Source of the DNA: Gemmatimonadota bacterium
GTDB lineage: Bacteria; Gemmatimonadota; Gemmatimonadetes; Gemmatimonadales; GWC2-71-9
Direction: 5' to 3'
Length of the DNA stretch: 64,000 nt
Assembly (NCBI GenBank): GCA_036679645.1
Contig: JAZDCY010000013.1
Coordinates: 32,001-96,000 of the forward strand
A model generated the notes under the pieces. It worked only from the letters and a program-made list of their open reading frames with translations. It was not told where the DNA came from and ran no database searches. Made by a program: the position numbers and the translations under genes. Positions 1-10,845 of the stretch are shown here, piece after piece (the stretch's first letter is position 1; every line of letters starts with the position of its first letter).

Positions 1-586
1 TCCGTTCCGCTACCCCGATGAACTGGTCGTACATGCGCCAGTGCTTCCAATCTTTCTCCGTGACGCGCCAGGCCTGCGCGGGATCCTCGCCAAGCGAGCG
101 CAACCGTTCTTCCTGTTGGGTTCTGCCTAGGTGCATCCAGAACTTCACGATCAGCGCGCCGTCGTCGACCAGCGTCCGCTCGAATGCCTCGATCTGGTCG
201 AGCCGTTCGTCGAGCTCCGGGTCGCCGATCTCGTCGTAGGCCCGCTTGACGAGCGGATCCGAGTACCACGCGCTCAAGAAGATCCCGATCTGCCCCGCAG
301 GCGGGAGGTCGCGCCAATAGCGCCAGTACTCCGGAGCTTCTCGCTCCGCCTGTGTCAACTCCCCGTAAGCACGCGTCACGATCCAGTGCGGGTCCATCCA
401 CTCACTCAGGAGGTTGGTCGTCTCGCCCTTGCCCGCGCCGTCAACGCCGGCGAAGAGCACAATTACCGGAAACGGGGCGGACCGCAGTGCTCCCTGGGCC
501 TCCAAGAGACGCTCGCGCAGCACCGGGACGCGCTCTTCGTATTCGTCCTCGGAGACGGCCTGACCCAATTCCGCCGATTCGAACAT
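1..586 (-). CDS. pap: Polyphosphate:AMP phosphotransferase (PPK2 family), 5' part; runs off the window edge
   Basis: Not in the ORF track. Manual translation from ATG 586: MFESAELGQAVSEDEY...VLFAGVDGAGKGETTNLLSEWMDP...YWRYWRDLPPAGQIGIFLSAWY...VKFWMHL, with the PPK2 Walker A motif and the typical PAP N-terminus. Confidence 0.9.
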   Translation of the reverse strand, partial: MFESAELGQAVSEDEYEERVPVLRERLLEAQGALRSAPFPVIVLFAGVDGAGKGETTNLLSEWMDPHWIVTRAYGELTQAEREAPEYWRYWRDLPPAGQIGIFLSAWYSDPLVKRAYDEIGDPELDERLDQIEAFERTLVDDGALIVKFWMHLGRTQQEERLRSLGEDPAQAWRVTEKDWKHWRMYDQFIGVAER

Positions 587-714
587 GGGGGGGAAGGTGG
601 CGCGGGACTACCCCTGTGTCCAGGAGTTATCGGGGGATAGGATATAGCAGCTTGGCGTCGCAGGACAGGTACAATGGTTCAGGACCGGTACAATGATTGG
701 AGATTTCAGTAATC

Positions 715-2436
715 TCAAACCAGTCGGTTTCCCACCGGGTACGGGAACACATCAACGACCTCACCGGCAGCGTTGCGTTCCTTCAGTTCCTGCCAGAAAT
801 CGGGATCGAATAACACTCCGTGGGCAGCGAGAAATGCCGCGCGGACGTCACCTTCCAGCGGCAGGAACCGAACCAGTTCCTCGGGGAAGATGTCGTGCCG
901 ACCCACCCCGTACCACGGCTCCTCTCCCATCTCTTCTGCGAGACAAGAGGCCTGGGGGATTTTGCGAAACACGCAATCGCTGAGCAGACACAACTCGTCG
1001 TAATCGTAGAAGACGACGCGCCCGTGACGGGTAACGCCAAAGTTCTTGAGGAGGAGATCACCGGGAAACACGTTGGTGGCGGCCAGGTCACGAATGGCCT
1101 GGCCGTAGTCGAGCATCGCCCGGACGACGCGGTCGGGATCTGCATCGGACACGTAGAGATCGAGGGGCCGTACTCGCCGTTCGGTGTACAAATGACTGAT
1201 CACCACGTGGTCACCCTCGAGCGACACGGAACGCGACGCCGTCTCGAGCAGTTCAGCGAGGAGCCGCTTGGAAAACCGCTCGCGCGGGAAGGCGAGATGC
1301 TCGAACTCCTGCGCGTCCACCAATCTTCCCACGCGGTCGTGCTCGAAGACGATCTGATAGCGCCGCTTGACTCCCGCCGGCGTTGTTTGCTTGGGGTAAG
1401 GAAATGAGTCCCGGATGACCTTGAAGACGACGTCGAGCGACGGCATCGCGAAGACGGCCATCACCATGCCCTTGGCGCCAGCGGCGATCTCGAAGCACTC
1501 ATCCGTCCACGACAGGTGCCGTTGCAGGTGCCGATACAGCTCGGTTTTTCCGTGCTTGTGGTAGCCAAGCGCCGTGTACAGCTCCCACACCGGTTTGACG
1601 GGCATGATCGAGCGCAGAAACCCGATGACGTCAGACGGTCTGCTGATGTCTACGTGGAAGTACGAACGGGTGAACCCGAATAGCACGCTCACTTCATCTT
1701 CGCGAACCAAGACTGCATCGACCGCGATCCCGTCGTCCCGATGGGCCAGCACCACGACGAGCGGCATGACACGGTTGCCCCCGCGGACTCTGCCCACGAG
1801 ATAGGCTCCCTTGCGCCGGTAGAAGACGGTATCGAGCAGTTCCAGGTCCTCGAACGGGACCGGCGCCAGCCCCTTGGCCCACTGCTCCTCGATGCGTTGA
1901 GCGACGAGGCGCGCATCACGATCCACATGGGCAAACGGCACACGGAACGCAAAGTCCTGCAACACCGTTCGGACGACACTCTCCGTGGTCCCCACGGTCG
2001 AGTAAGCGCGGTACGGGGCATCGATCAGCATGGGCACGCGCTCGAACTCGAAGTCGAGGAATTCGGCCCTGGTGTTCACGCCGACGGTCACGAGCACCCG
2101 CCGTGTGACGGAATTGTAGAATGTCTCCGCCACTTCGATGGCAGGATGACCGATGATCGACTCGGCGTACACGTCACGGATCGCGCCCCACGTGTCGGTG
2201 CCGCCCCCGTCCGGCCCGAGCACTGCGCGCACCTCCTCAACGACCTTGTCCAAAACGCGTCCGTAGAGGGTCAGCCGTTCCTTTGCATCCTGCTGCATCC
2301 CGCGCCAGTCACGCTGCGCAAACCGCTGTGCCGCACGCCGCGCGATCTCGAGATTGTCCCGCTCGTACGTCTTGAACCCGTCACGGATCTGCGCCGCGGC
2401 GCGGCGAGCCCGAGTGTCCACCGACATTCCGGTCAT
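715..2436 (-). CDS. aceK: Isocitrate dehydrogenase kinase/phosphatase
   Basis: Motifs AETFYNSV, FGFTRSYF, KHGKTELYR, GAKGMVM, HDRVGRLVDAQEF, NVFPGDLLLKNFGVTRHGRVVFYDYDE, FPEE. Start uncertain (2427/2436; ORF open to 2532). Confidence 0.95.
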   Translation of the reverse strand: MTGMSVDTRARRAAAQIRDGFKTYERDNLEIARRAAQRFAQRDWRGMQQDAKERLTLYGRVLDKVVEEVRAVLGPDGGGTDTWGAIRDVYAESIIGHPAIEVAETFYNSVTRRVLVTVGVNTRAEFLDFEFERVPMLIDAPYRAYSTVGTTESVVRTVLQDFAFRVPFAHVDRDARLVAQRIEEQWAKGLAPVPFEDLELLDTVFYRRKGAYLVGRVRGGNRVMPLVVVLAHRDDGIAVDAVLVREDEVSVLFGFTRSYFHVDISRPSDVIGFLRSIMPVKPVWELYTALGYHKHGKTELYRHLQRHLSWTDECFEIAAGAKGMVMAVFAMPSLDVVFKVIRDSFPYPKQTTPAGVKRRYQIVFEHDRVGRLVDAQEFEHLAFPRERFSKRLLAELLETASRSVSLEGDHVVISHLYTERRVRPLDLYVSDADPDRVVRAMLDYGQAIRDLAATNVFPGDLLLKNFGVTRHGRVVFYDYDELCLLSDCVFRKIPQASCLAEEMGEEPWYGVGRHDIFPEELVRFLPLEGDVRAAFLAAHGVLFDPDFWQELKERNAAGEVVDVFPYPVGNRLV

Positions 2437-2609
2437 GCCGCATTGAGCTGCAAGGGTCGCGCCATCGTCCGCGCACGGGTGCAAGCTGTTAGGTTCTTGC
2501 CACGTAACAGCTTGGGACCTTCGAGACCTCATCCGGAACTCCCGGATATCTGCGGATCGGAAGCCCCTTTGTGCTCCGCTCCGTCGACCACCCGTGCACG
2601 AAGTCGAGG

Positions 2610-2756
2610 GTACTTCCTCTTGCCTTCGTCATGACGTACGTGGTTGGCGCGGGCCAACTGGCGTCTTCCTCGCCACGACCGTCGCGTTCTCCGCCCTGGC
2701 TGTAGTGAGCGCGATCATTTTCCGACGCGGGGCGGTGGAAACACAAGGTCGTGTGA
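2610..2756 (+). pseudogene. C-terminal remnant of a MATE efflux transporter
   Basis: With two frameshifts it reads VLPLAFVMTYVVG-GPTGVFLATTVAFSALAVVSAIIFRRG-RWKHKVV*, matching MATE C-termini (the MATE at 41227 ends FRQGRWRHIKV). Confidence 0.6.
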
Positions 2757-2837
2757 GCGTGAGCGGTGAGCAGTGAGCGGGAATCCGCGAAGGGAACAGC
2801 CCGCGCACGGCCTAACGCGCACCGATCGCTCCGGCTC

Positions 2838-2866
2838 TTACCCGTTTTCTCTCCCTGGCGTATAAT
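2838..2866 (+). promoter_or_regulatory. Putative sigma70 promoter of the diguanylate cyclase (near-leaderless)
   Basis: TTACCC-N17-TATAAT with a perfect -10 at 2861-2866, ending 5 nt before ATG 2872. Confidence 0.45.
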
Positions 2867-2871
2867 AGCGA

Positions 2872-4626
2872 ATGACCGACGTACCGAGGCGACGGGAACG
2901 TCTCAGCCGAATCAGTGCCGTCGTGCAACGGCGGGTGCCCAACGTGTTTCGGATGGACAGCATCAAGAGCCAGATCGTCGTATTCGCTCTGCTCGCGGCG
3001 CTGATTCCGTCCATCGCGATGGCGTGGGTGTCGTACGTGCAGAACCGCGGCGCACTCACCGACAAGATCAACGAGCAACTCCACAGTATCAGCACACAGA
3101 CCGCGCGCGAGATGGAAATATGGCTGAAAGAAAGCCTCTACGACGTGCGCGTCTTTGCCAGTTCGTTTGTGGTTACGGAGAATGTGGAACGAATCCGCCA
3201 GGCGGCCACTAGAGAGACCACCGATACCGAAGCGCTGACCCGGCTGACCGACTATCTCCACTCCGTCCGGGAACGCTTTACCGATTACGACGAGCTGTTC
3301 GTGGTCGCGCGAGGTGCCAGCGTTGTCGCCAGCGGGCCGGGGGAGACCGGACCAATCCAGCTCAAGGCCGATTGGCTCGACGATGTGGAAGCGGGCCGCA
3401 TCGTGCTCGGTGAGCCGTACTGGAGCGAGAGCCTCGGACGCGCCGGCATGGCGCTTGGCATTCCCGTCACGTCGCCGGACGGACGATTCCTCGGAGCGCT
3501 CGCCGCGTCGGTGAACTTCTCCACGGTCCAGACAATCCTGCGATCGTTCGTGCGAAGCGAGCATGGAGACGTCTACCTGACGACGAACGACGGCAGGATC
3601 ATTCTATCCGCGCAAGAGAGTTCCGCGGGCCTCATGGCGGAGCGCCTCGATTCGGCGACTAGGTCGGCCATGCAGGCTGATACCGCGGAACTGGTCTCCT
3701 ACCCGGGCCGGGCTGGGGAGCAGGTGGTCGGCACGTGGGCCCCTATTCCCGGCCTTCCCTGGGCCACAGTCGCCGAACTCCAGGCAGCCGACGCCTTTAA
3801 GCCGATAGCCCGTCTGCGGAATGTGACGCTCGCCATCGTCTTCGGGCTGGTGCTCACTATCGGACTCATCGCCTACCGGCTCGGGCTGCTGATCACGCGG
3901 CCGCTCGACCGCCTCACCACCGCCGCGGGGACGGTGGCCAAGGGCGACCTGTCCGTGAGCCTGTCGGACGCCGGATCCGGAGAGGTTGGGTACCTCACCG
4001 ATGTCTTCGTCTACATGGTGCAGCGACTGCGCGAGGGCCGTGATGAACTCAGCGAGGCCCACGATGAGCTAAAGAAAACCAATGAAGAGCTGGAACGACT
4101 GTCCATCACCGACTCACTGACCGGCCTGTACAACCGCCGCTACCTCATGCGGACGCTGGAGGCCGAGGTCCGGCGCGCCGGCCGTACGAAACACGCCTTT
4201 GCGGTGCTCATGACCGACGTCGATCACTTCAAGTCGTTCAACGACACGTACGGCCACCAGGCGGGTGACGAGGTCCTGGCCCGGGTCGCGGGCGTGCTTC
4301 AGGCGACTGTTCGCGAGGTCGATTGCGCGGCACGCTACGGCGGCGAGGAATTCTCGGTGATGCTGCCCGAGACCGGGTTGCAGGGAGCGACCGAGGTGGC
4401 CGAGCGGGTGCGCGTCGGGGTGGCCGAGGAACCGTTCGTCTTCCGCGGCAAGACGGTGCGCGTGACGCTCAGTATTGGAGTCTCCGAGTTCCCGACTGAC
4501 GGAGAGACGTCCGAGGCACTCATCGAGGCGGCCGACCGGGCGCTTTACCAGGCCAAGCGGAAAGGACGCAATCGTGTTGTCCGCGCTGCGCGCGGCAGGG
4601 GGGGGGCCAAGAAGAAAGAAGCCTGA
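2872..4626 (+). CDS. Membrane diguanylate cyclase (Cache-like sensor, HAMP, GGDEF)
   Basis: Two TM segments around a periplasmic domain, HAMP (ITRPLDRL...GEVGYL), D-x-D-HFKSFND-x-YGH, GGEEF active site and REVD I-site. Confidence 0.93.
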   Translation: MTDVPRRRERLSRISAVVQRRVPNVFRMDSIKSQIVVFALLAALIPSIAMAWVSYVQNRGALTDKINEQLHSISTQTAREMEIWLKESLYDVRVFASSFVVTENVERIRQAATRETTDTEALTRLTDYLHSVRERFTDYDELFVVARGASVVASGPGETGPIQLKADWLDDVEAGRIVLGEPYWSESLGRAGMALGIPVTSPDGRFLGALAASVNFSTVQTILRSFVRSEHGDVYLTTNDGRIILSAQESSAGLMAERLDSATRSAMQADTAELVSYPGRAGEQVVGTWAPIPGLPWATVAELQAADAFKPIARLRNVTLAIVFGLVLTIGLIAYRLGLLITRPLDRLTTAAGTVAKGDLSVSLSDAGSGEVGYLTDVFVYMVQRLREGRDELSEAHDELKKTNEELERLSITDSLTGLYNRRYLMRTLEAEVRRAGRTKHAFAVLMTDVDHFKSFNDTYGHQAGDEVLARVAGVLQATVREVDCAARYGGEEFSVMLPETGLQGATEVAERVRVGVAEEPFVFRGKTVRVTLSIGVSEFPTDGETSEALIEAADRALYQAKRKGRNRVVRAARGRGGAKKKEA

Positions 4627-4630
4627 GCCG

Positions 4631-5419
4631 TTACGGCTGCTGCGGGTCCGGCTGTCGGCTTCCGACCAGGTTGTAGAAGATCCATCCCGTCCGGCCAGCC
4701 TCGTCGCTTACCCGAACCCATTCCTGTGTATAGGACAGTCCCGTCAACGGCGCATGCGGATCGAGCGTGAATAGGATGCGGAACCCCAGCCCCGGACCAG
4801 CACGCACGTTGCTGCGCCTGCTCGTCTGTAACGGAAGCGGCAGGGCAAGAGCGACCTCGCCGGGCCGTCGTTGCTCGTCGTCACCAGTCGCCAGCCTGGC
4901 CTGGCCCGCGAGCGCAATGCTGCGAGCCTGGCTCGCCAGATAAAGCGATCCGCCATAATTCTGGTTGTTGAATTCTCCGGTGCTCATCTCGAGGAAGTGC
5001 GCCGCCTGGCCTCGCTCGGGAGCATCTGCTGCGCCGGTCAGGTTGGAGAGCGCTTCCAGTGCAATCTCCGCCTCGGCCATGGCCGACGCGGCCTCCGCCC
5101 GGCTGGCGAGGGTCTGGAGCCGCGCCATCGCGCGGACGACTTCCTGGATGGCCCCGTCGAGGTGTTCCTGAAGTTCGCTGATTTGGGCGTCGCGCTCGAG
5201 CAACTGGAGCTGGAGCAGGGCAATCCGCTGCTCGAGTTCGGGATTAGGGTCGGTCCCACGCGTCACTCGTACGGTGTCCACCCGCACGATGGTATCCAGC
5301 GCAGGCGTGAGGGGAGCGGTCCCGGACCCACCCGGCGTGCACGCTGCGGCGACCGACAGGATGACGAGTGAGTACGCTCGCCCCACCACACGGCTGAAGA
5401 GTCGTAGCACTCGTATCAT
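4631..5419 (-). CDS. Coiled-coil lipoprotein with C-terminal SH3b domain
   Basis: Lipobox-like VAAAC, coiled coil, then SNVRAGPG...WVRV...GWI. GGAGGAGG RBS upstream of ATG 5419. Confidence 0.75.
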   Translation of the reverse strand: MIRVLRLFSRVVGRAYSLVILSVAAACTPGGSGTAPLTPALDTIVRVDTVRVTRGTDPNPELEQRIALLQLQLLERDAQISELQEHLDGAIQEVVRAMARLQTLASRAEAASAMAEAEIALEALSNLTGAADAPERGQAAHFLEMSTGEFNNQNYGGSLYLASQARSIALAGQARLATGDDEQRRPGEVALALPLPLQTSRRSNVRAGPGLGFRILFTLDPHAPLTGLSYTQEWVRVSDEAGRTGWIFYNLVGSRQPDPQQP

Positions 5420-5535
5420 TGCGCAGGCACCTCCTCCGCTCAGGACTCGACGTTGCTGAACGTATCCCCCAGCCGGCAAATGGGACAGAGCCGGCCGCGC
5501 CGGGCAAGCTCAGCGACGGCGGTGGGGCTACCACT

Positions 5536-7852
5536 CTAAGGAATCGGCGCCCGCTCCCGTTTCTTTAGAATGAACACGCCCTCGTGCATGCTCGAGACGA
5601 CGATCACTCCACTCTCGAAGTAGGGGTAGTTGCTCCACGACCCGGCAAATCCCGGCGCGTTCTCACCCCAGGGAACGGTGTCGAAGTACGCGACCTCTAC
5701 CGGGTTGGTTGGATCGGTGATGTCGATGATGCGCAGTCCCGACACGTAGTTCGACTGGTACATGTACCGGCCGCGCACGTACAGGTTGTGATCGCTCGCG
5801 CCGGTTTCGCCCAGGTACTCGGTCGCGAGCACCGGATCGTCCAGGTCCTCGATGTCCCATACGAGCGTGCGGGTCCGCCTGGTGGGTGTATCCGACCCCG
5901 GGATACATCCCGCGCGAGATCGGCGTCGGATGCTCCTTGTCGGTGACATCGGCAATGCCCAGGGCCGTTTCGGACGAGTTGAGACAAATCTCACGGCCCT
6001 CGTAGTCGGTATCCGGCCCATGGTACAGCACGCACTGCGCGTCGTGCGTGTACCCGGTGCCTGCGTTCCCGGTCTGTGGATCGGCGTAGCACCCGGCAAA
6101 TGTCGGATGCTCGGGATCGGCGTAGGCAAACCCCGTCTCCTCGTTGATCACGATGTTGTGCGCGGAGAAGATGCCGTCGTAGTGTGCCGTCTCGCTGAAG
6201 GTGACCGGTGGATTCGTTACCGTGCGGAGCTGAGTCAGGTCGAATATCTGTACGCCGTGCGGTCCGGCCCCATCAGCCACGATGAACGCGTGGTTCTGAT
6301 AGACTTTGATGTCCCGCCAGAGGTTCGGAGTCGCGCCCTGATGCAGCGGCAACTCGCCAAGGTAGATCGGGTTCGCGGGATCGCCCAGATCGATGAACGT
6401 GGTTGCGTCGAACCGGCCGACGATGGCGTACTCGTGCCCGGTCTCCCCGTCGGTCCATCCCCAGACGTCGCTCACCATGATGCCCCGCTTGCCGCCCACC
6501 GCGCTCACCGGGAGAAACGAGACGAGATCGACCTCTTCGCATGTGAAGATCTGTGCGGCACCATCCTCACAGTCGACCTGGCCGCCCACGATGGGCCGCA
6601 GCCCACCTTCGGTCTCGACGATCGACCCCTCCGACACCCACTCACCGTCGGCGCCGCGGCGATACACGGTACCCGTCCCCTCAAAGAAAGCCGCACCAGG
6701 CGCCCCCAGCGCCACCAGCTGCTCGCTGGCACCGATCGCCGCCCCAAAGAACGGCGCCAGGCCGCCGGCTCCCTCGTACGGGAGCTGTTGCACCTGACTC
6801 CATGCGTCGTCGGTGGCCCGGAAGACGTAGACGCTTCCCGTCCCGCTCGCGAGCGGCGCCCCGACGAGGAGATCGCTCCCCGCGGCGGCCACCGACATGC
6901 CGAACAGCGCCTGCGGGTTGACGCCGTCCGCGGTGATCGTGGCGGCGTGCTGCCACTCGTTACCGTCGAGCCGGTACTGGTACACGACGCCGGTCGCGTG
7001 TGCGGCCGGCGCCGACACGAACGCACCGCGCGGAGTGAAAGCGAGCCCTACACCGAACGTGACGACACCGTCATCCGCCGGGGTGAGGGTTGCCTCTTCG
7101 ATCCATTCATCATGGTCGTGTCTGAACACGATGACGGACCCGGTCTGGTACGCGGGCGGCGGGCCGAGCATCGAGGGAGCCGGATGCGGACCGGGAGCCC
7201 CGACAAGAACCCTGCCATCACCCAAGGCGAGCGACGCGCCAAAACGGTCGCCTGCCGTCGCGTTCGAACTCTGAAACCAGTGCTGCTGCTCCCATGATCC
7301 ACCGTCGCCGCGGTGGAACACGAACACGGTTCCGCCTTCCGGCCCACCGGGCGCCCCAACGAGCGCAAGCTCGCCGTGCACGGCCAACGCCGTGCCGAAT
7401 CCCTCGCCCTCAGCACCGCCGTCGTTGATCCGCAGCAGCGCAACCTGCACCCACGGAGCGTCGGGGCCACTGCGCTCGAACACGTACGCCGCACCGCCAT
7501 GCTCACGGTGTGGTGCACCCACAACGAGCGTGTTCCCGTACACGGCGAGCGATTGCCCGAACCCATCCCCTACCAGGAGATCCTCCGGCGCAATCGACGC
7601 CGTCTCGGCCCAACGCCCCCCCTCATTGCGGAACACGTGAACCGCACCCGTCTGCGTGGGCGGAGCTGGGAGAACGGTGGTGAAGCCGGAACGGCCCACG
7701 AATATCTCATCTCCGGCTACGGCAATCGCGGTGCCGAACCCGGTTGCCAGACCGGCGGGTCGCGTGTCGCGAGAGAACGTCTGCGCCGAGAGCGTCGCCG
7801 CGGAGAGGGTGAGCAACCATGCGCCGCAGAACGCGCGTGCGGATACCGTCAT
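5536..7852 (-). pseudogene. Choice-of-anchor B family secreted protein (FG-GAP and LVIVD repeats), disrupted
   Basis: FG-GAP repeats (FG...VGAP), then SDVWGW, WRDIK, HNI, HDAQC. The C-terminus (HNLYV...GSWSNYPYF) lies in another frame. Frameshift near 5878 and an apparent in-frame deletion near 6119. Confidence 0.8.
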
Positions 7853-7970
7853 GTGTGAACCCCATTTTGAGTGTTGCGAAGCCGCTAAGTCTGTCCTCGC
7901 ACCAGGTTAGGGGCAAGGGGTGGCAGTAACGGTTCCCTTCACCCGTACTCCAAGCCAAACTTGGGAGTTC

Positions 7971-8354
7971 ATGGAGCAAGCGACGAAACCGGCCGGGTGG
8001 GCACGCGTGTGGCCCGCCGTACGACCTCCGTACTCGCGCAACTTCAGACAGGGCGCCTGGTACCCTGTCGTACGGGACGCCGAGTCGGATCGGGTCACGA
8101 TCACCATGTATGGCCGGGACGTCGATGTCCCTCGGCGGATCCTCGAGATCAGGCCGCGTCGCCCGGCGTATTTCAGCGTCGTCCTGCGCGTCGGCTACGA
8201 CGCCGATCCACGACGGAAGTCCCACCACGACCTCGGCAAGAAGTACGCGGTTTGCCCCAAGTGCGCCTGGCGCTTTGCGCTGTTCGGTCAGCCCGAGCAG
8301 AAGCAGTGTCCCAGCTGCGGCCACACGGGAGAAGTGGGGTGGTGGGAGCAGTAG
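7971..8354 (+). CDS. Small hypothetical protein with C-terminal zinc ribbon
   Basis: CPKC...CPSC pair; GGAG RBS before ATG 7971. Confidence 0.7.
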   Translation: MEQATKPAGWARVWPAVRPPYSRNFRQGAWYPVVRDAESDRVTITMYGRDVDVPRRILEIRPRRPAYFSVVLRVGYDADPRRKSHHDLGKKYAVCPKCAWRFALFGQPEQKQCPSCGHTGEVGWWEQ

Positions 8355-8382
8355 GAATCTGGCCTTCCCCGGAGGAATACTC

Positions 8383-9948
8383 ATGACGTTGTCCCAAATC
8401 GCTCGCGCAGCGCCGTGTCTCCTGGCGCTCGCGTTTCCCCTCAGCGCGGCACCGGCCCAGACATTCCGGTCGGATGACCCTGTGCTGCAACGCATGTGGG
8501 TCGAGGGCATGGAGCACTCACAGACCGAACGGCTGGCGCAGGTGCTAATGGATTCGATCGGTCCGCGGCTCTCCGGATCACCGGGTTTTCACGCGGCCGT
8601 GGACTGGTTGGTTGGGACTTATGAGGCGTGGGGCGTTGCGGTACGACGCGAGCAGTACGGCACGTGGCGCGGCTGGCGGCAGGGCACGCTGCACGTGGAT
8701 CTGCTGGCGCCACGGGTGCAGACCCTCGAGGCCAAGTTGCTCGCCTGGAGCCCGGGCACCGACGGTGCCATCGAGGGCGACGTAATGGAGATTCCCGTCT
8801 TCGACACGGAAGCCGAGGTCTCCACGTGGCTCCGCGGTATTCGGGGCAAGATCATCCTGGCATCGGCTCCAGAGGCGACGTGCCGCGAACCGCAGGCGCT
8901 GGAACGGCTCGCACGGGAGGAAACCGTGCGCCGCCTCGAGGGCGCGCGGCGGAACGCGGTCTCTTCATGGGGTGCTCGGTTACGCGAACTGGGCGGCGGA
9001 CGGGTAGCCCATCAACGTCTCGAGGAGGCTGGGGCAATCGCGATCGTCACATCGCGCTGGTCCCGAGGCTGGGGCGTGAACAAGATCTTCGCCGCCTCGA
9101 CCGACCGAGCGGTCGTGATCGATCTGAGTTGCGAGGACAACGGTCTGCTACATCGGCTGGCAGCCAACGGGCAGGGGCCGCGCATCCGCATCGAGGCCGA
9201 CGCCGAGGAGCTGGGCGACGCTCCCATGTTCAACGTGATCGCCGAGCTGCGGGGCAGCGAGCTGCCCGACGAGTACGTCGTGCTGTCCGCGCATCTCGAT
9301 TCCTGGCACGGCGCGACCGGTGCAACGGACAACGGCACCGGTACCATTACGATGTTGGAAGCGATGCGCATCTTGCAGGCTACGTATCCGCGTCCGCGTC
9401 GCACCATTCTGGTGGGTCATTGGGGAGGCGAAGAGCAGGGACTCATTGGGTCGCGGGCGTTTACGGAAGACCACCCGGACGTGGTCGAGAACCTGCAGGT
9501 TGCGTTCAACCAGGACAACGGCACGTGGCGCATCGATTACATCCAAGCCCAGGGGTTCAGCAAGGCCGGCGGGAATCTCGCGCGCTGGATAGCACAAATC
9601 CCCACCGAGATCGCGTCGAACATCGAGCTGGATGTGCCGGGACCGCAGGAGTTCGGCGGCAGCGATCACATGTCATTCCTCTGTCGCGGCGTCCCGGGGT
9701 TCCGCTTGCAGTCGGATTATCCGGACTACCGGCAGTACACCTGGCACACCAACCGCGACACGTACGACAAGATCATCTTCGACGACCTCAAGAACAACGC
9801 GACGCTCGCCGCCATGCTGGCGTACCTCGCGGCCGAGGACCCCGAGCGCGTGCCGCGAGATCGGTCGGTACTCCCGCGCGATTCCCGTACGGGGCGCCCG
9901 CGCGCCTGGGCGCAGTGCCGTCCCGCACGGCGAGAGGCGCCTCGTTGA
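8383..9948 (+). CDS. Secreted M28 family peptidase (carboxypeptidase Q-like)
   Basis: Signal peptide, IGPRLSGS, SAHLDSW, GATDNGTG, GEEQGL, SDH, WHT..D; GGAGGA RBS. Confidence 0.92.
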   Translation: MTLSQIARAAPCLLALAFPLSAAPAQTFRSDDPVLQRMWVEGMEHSQTERLAQVLMDSIGPRLSGSPGFHAAVDWLVGTYEAWGVAVRREQYGTWRGWRQGTLHVDLLAPRVQTLEAKLLAWSPGTDGAIEGDVMEIPVFDTEAEVSTWLRGIRGKIILASAPEATCREPQALERLAREETVRRLEGARRNAVSSWGARLRELGGGRVAHQRLEEAGAIAIVTSRWSRGWGVNKIFAASTDRAVVIDLSCEDNGLLHRLAANGQGPRIRIEADAEELGDAPMFNVIAELRGSELPDEYVVLSAHLDSWHGATGATDNGTGTITMLEAMRILQATYPRPRRTILVGHWGGEEQGLIGSRAFTEDHPDVVENLQVAFNQDNGTWRIDYIQAQGFSKAGGNLARWIAQIPTEIASNIELDVPGPQEFGGSDHMSFLCRGVPGFRLQSDYPDYRQYTWHTNRDTYDKIIFDDLKNNATLAAMLAYLAAEDPERVPRDRSVLPRDSRTGRPRAWAQCRPARREAPR

Positions 9949-10029
9949 TTGTCAGGATCTTGTCATGAGACTCGACCGGTTGGGGGCACGTAGGCCAGAT
10001 TGTCCCGGACACTCCTTATGGATGATTAC

Positions 10030-10782
10030 ATGCGCCTGTTGCTAGCCGGTCTCGTTGTAGCATCGTCGCTCGTTCTCACGCCCGCTGTTGCGACCGCGCA
10101 GTGGCCGCCCGACTCTCTCGTCAACCTCAAGGTGCTTCCCGAGGACATCTCGGTGCGAGAGATCGTCACCGTCATGCGCGGTTTTGCCGGCGCGCTTGGC
10201 GTACGATGCATCCATTGTCACGTGGGAGATGATCCCAATGACTTGGCATCGGTCGACTTCCCATCGGACGAAAGGATTGAGAAACAGAAGGCCCGCGAGA
10301 TGATCAGGATGGTGCGGCGTATCAACGAGGAGTTGCTGGCCGAGGTTCCCGAGCGATCTGACCCGCCCGTCGTAGTCGAATGTCGTACCTGCCATCATTC
10401 ACTCACCAAGCCGGCCGATATCCGCAACGTGCTCGTAGAGACATTCGAGGCAGACGGACCCGATGCGGCTATTGCACAATACCAGGAGCTGCGCGAGGAG
10501 TATTACGGCTCGGACAGTTACGACTTCCGGCATTTCATGCTTGCCAACGTCGCCGAGCGGGTTGCGGGTCAGAACTTGGAGGGGGCCATTCAGCTGCTGG
10601 AGTTCAACGGAGAGCTTTTTCCGGAATCCGGTCAGACGTTTTTCACCATGGCCCAGATACACCGGAGGAATGGTGACCTCGAGGGCGCGATTGGCGCTCT
10701 CGAGCGCGCCGCGGAGGCGGACCCGGAGAACGAGTTCTATCGTCGGGCCATTCAGCAGCTGCGCGCAGCAAGGAATCGCTAG
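10030..10782 (+). CDS. Diheme c-type cytochrome with C-terminal TPR
   Basis: Signal peptide, NLKVLP, CIHCH, CRTCH, then TPR-like helices. Confidence 0.85.
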   Translation: MRLLLAGLVVASSLVLTPAVATAQWPPDSLVNLKVLPEDISVREIVTVMRGFAGALGVRCIHCHVGDDPNDLASVDFPSDERIEKQKAREMIRMVRRINEELLAEVPERSDPPVVVECRTCHHSLTKPADIRNVLVETFEADGPDAAIAQYQELREEYYGSDSYDFRHFMLANVAERVAGQNLEGAIQLLEFNGELFPESGQTFFTMAQIHRRNGDLEGAIGALERAAEADPENEFYRRAIQQLRAARNR

Positions 10783-10845
10783 CGCAAAGTTGACATTCGG
10801 CTAGCCGGCTGGATCTTGGATAGAGTTCTATCCGAGGAGGGTATC

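Noticed and set aside
10030..10782. Photosynthetic reaction-centre PufC
   Set aside because: Only two hemes and no puf or bch genes.
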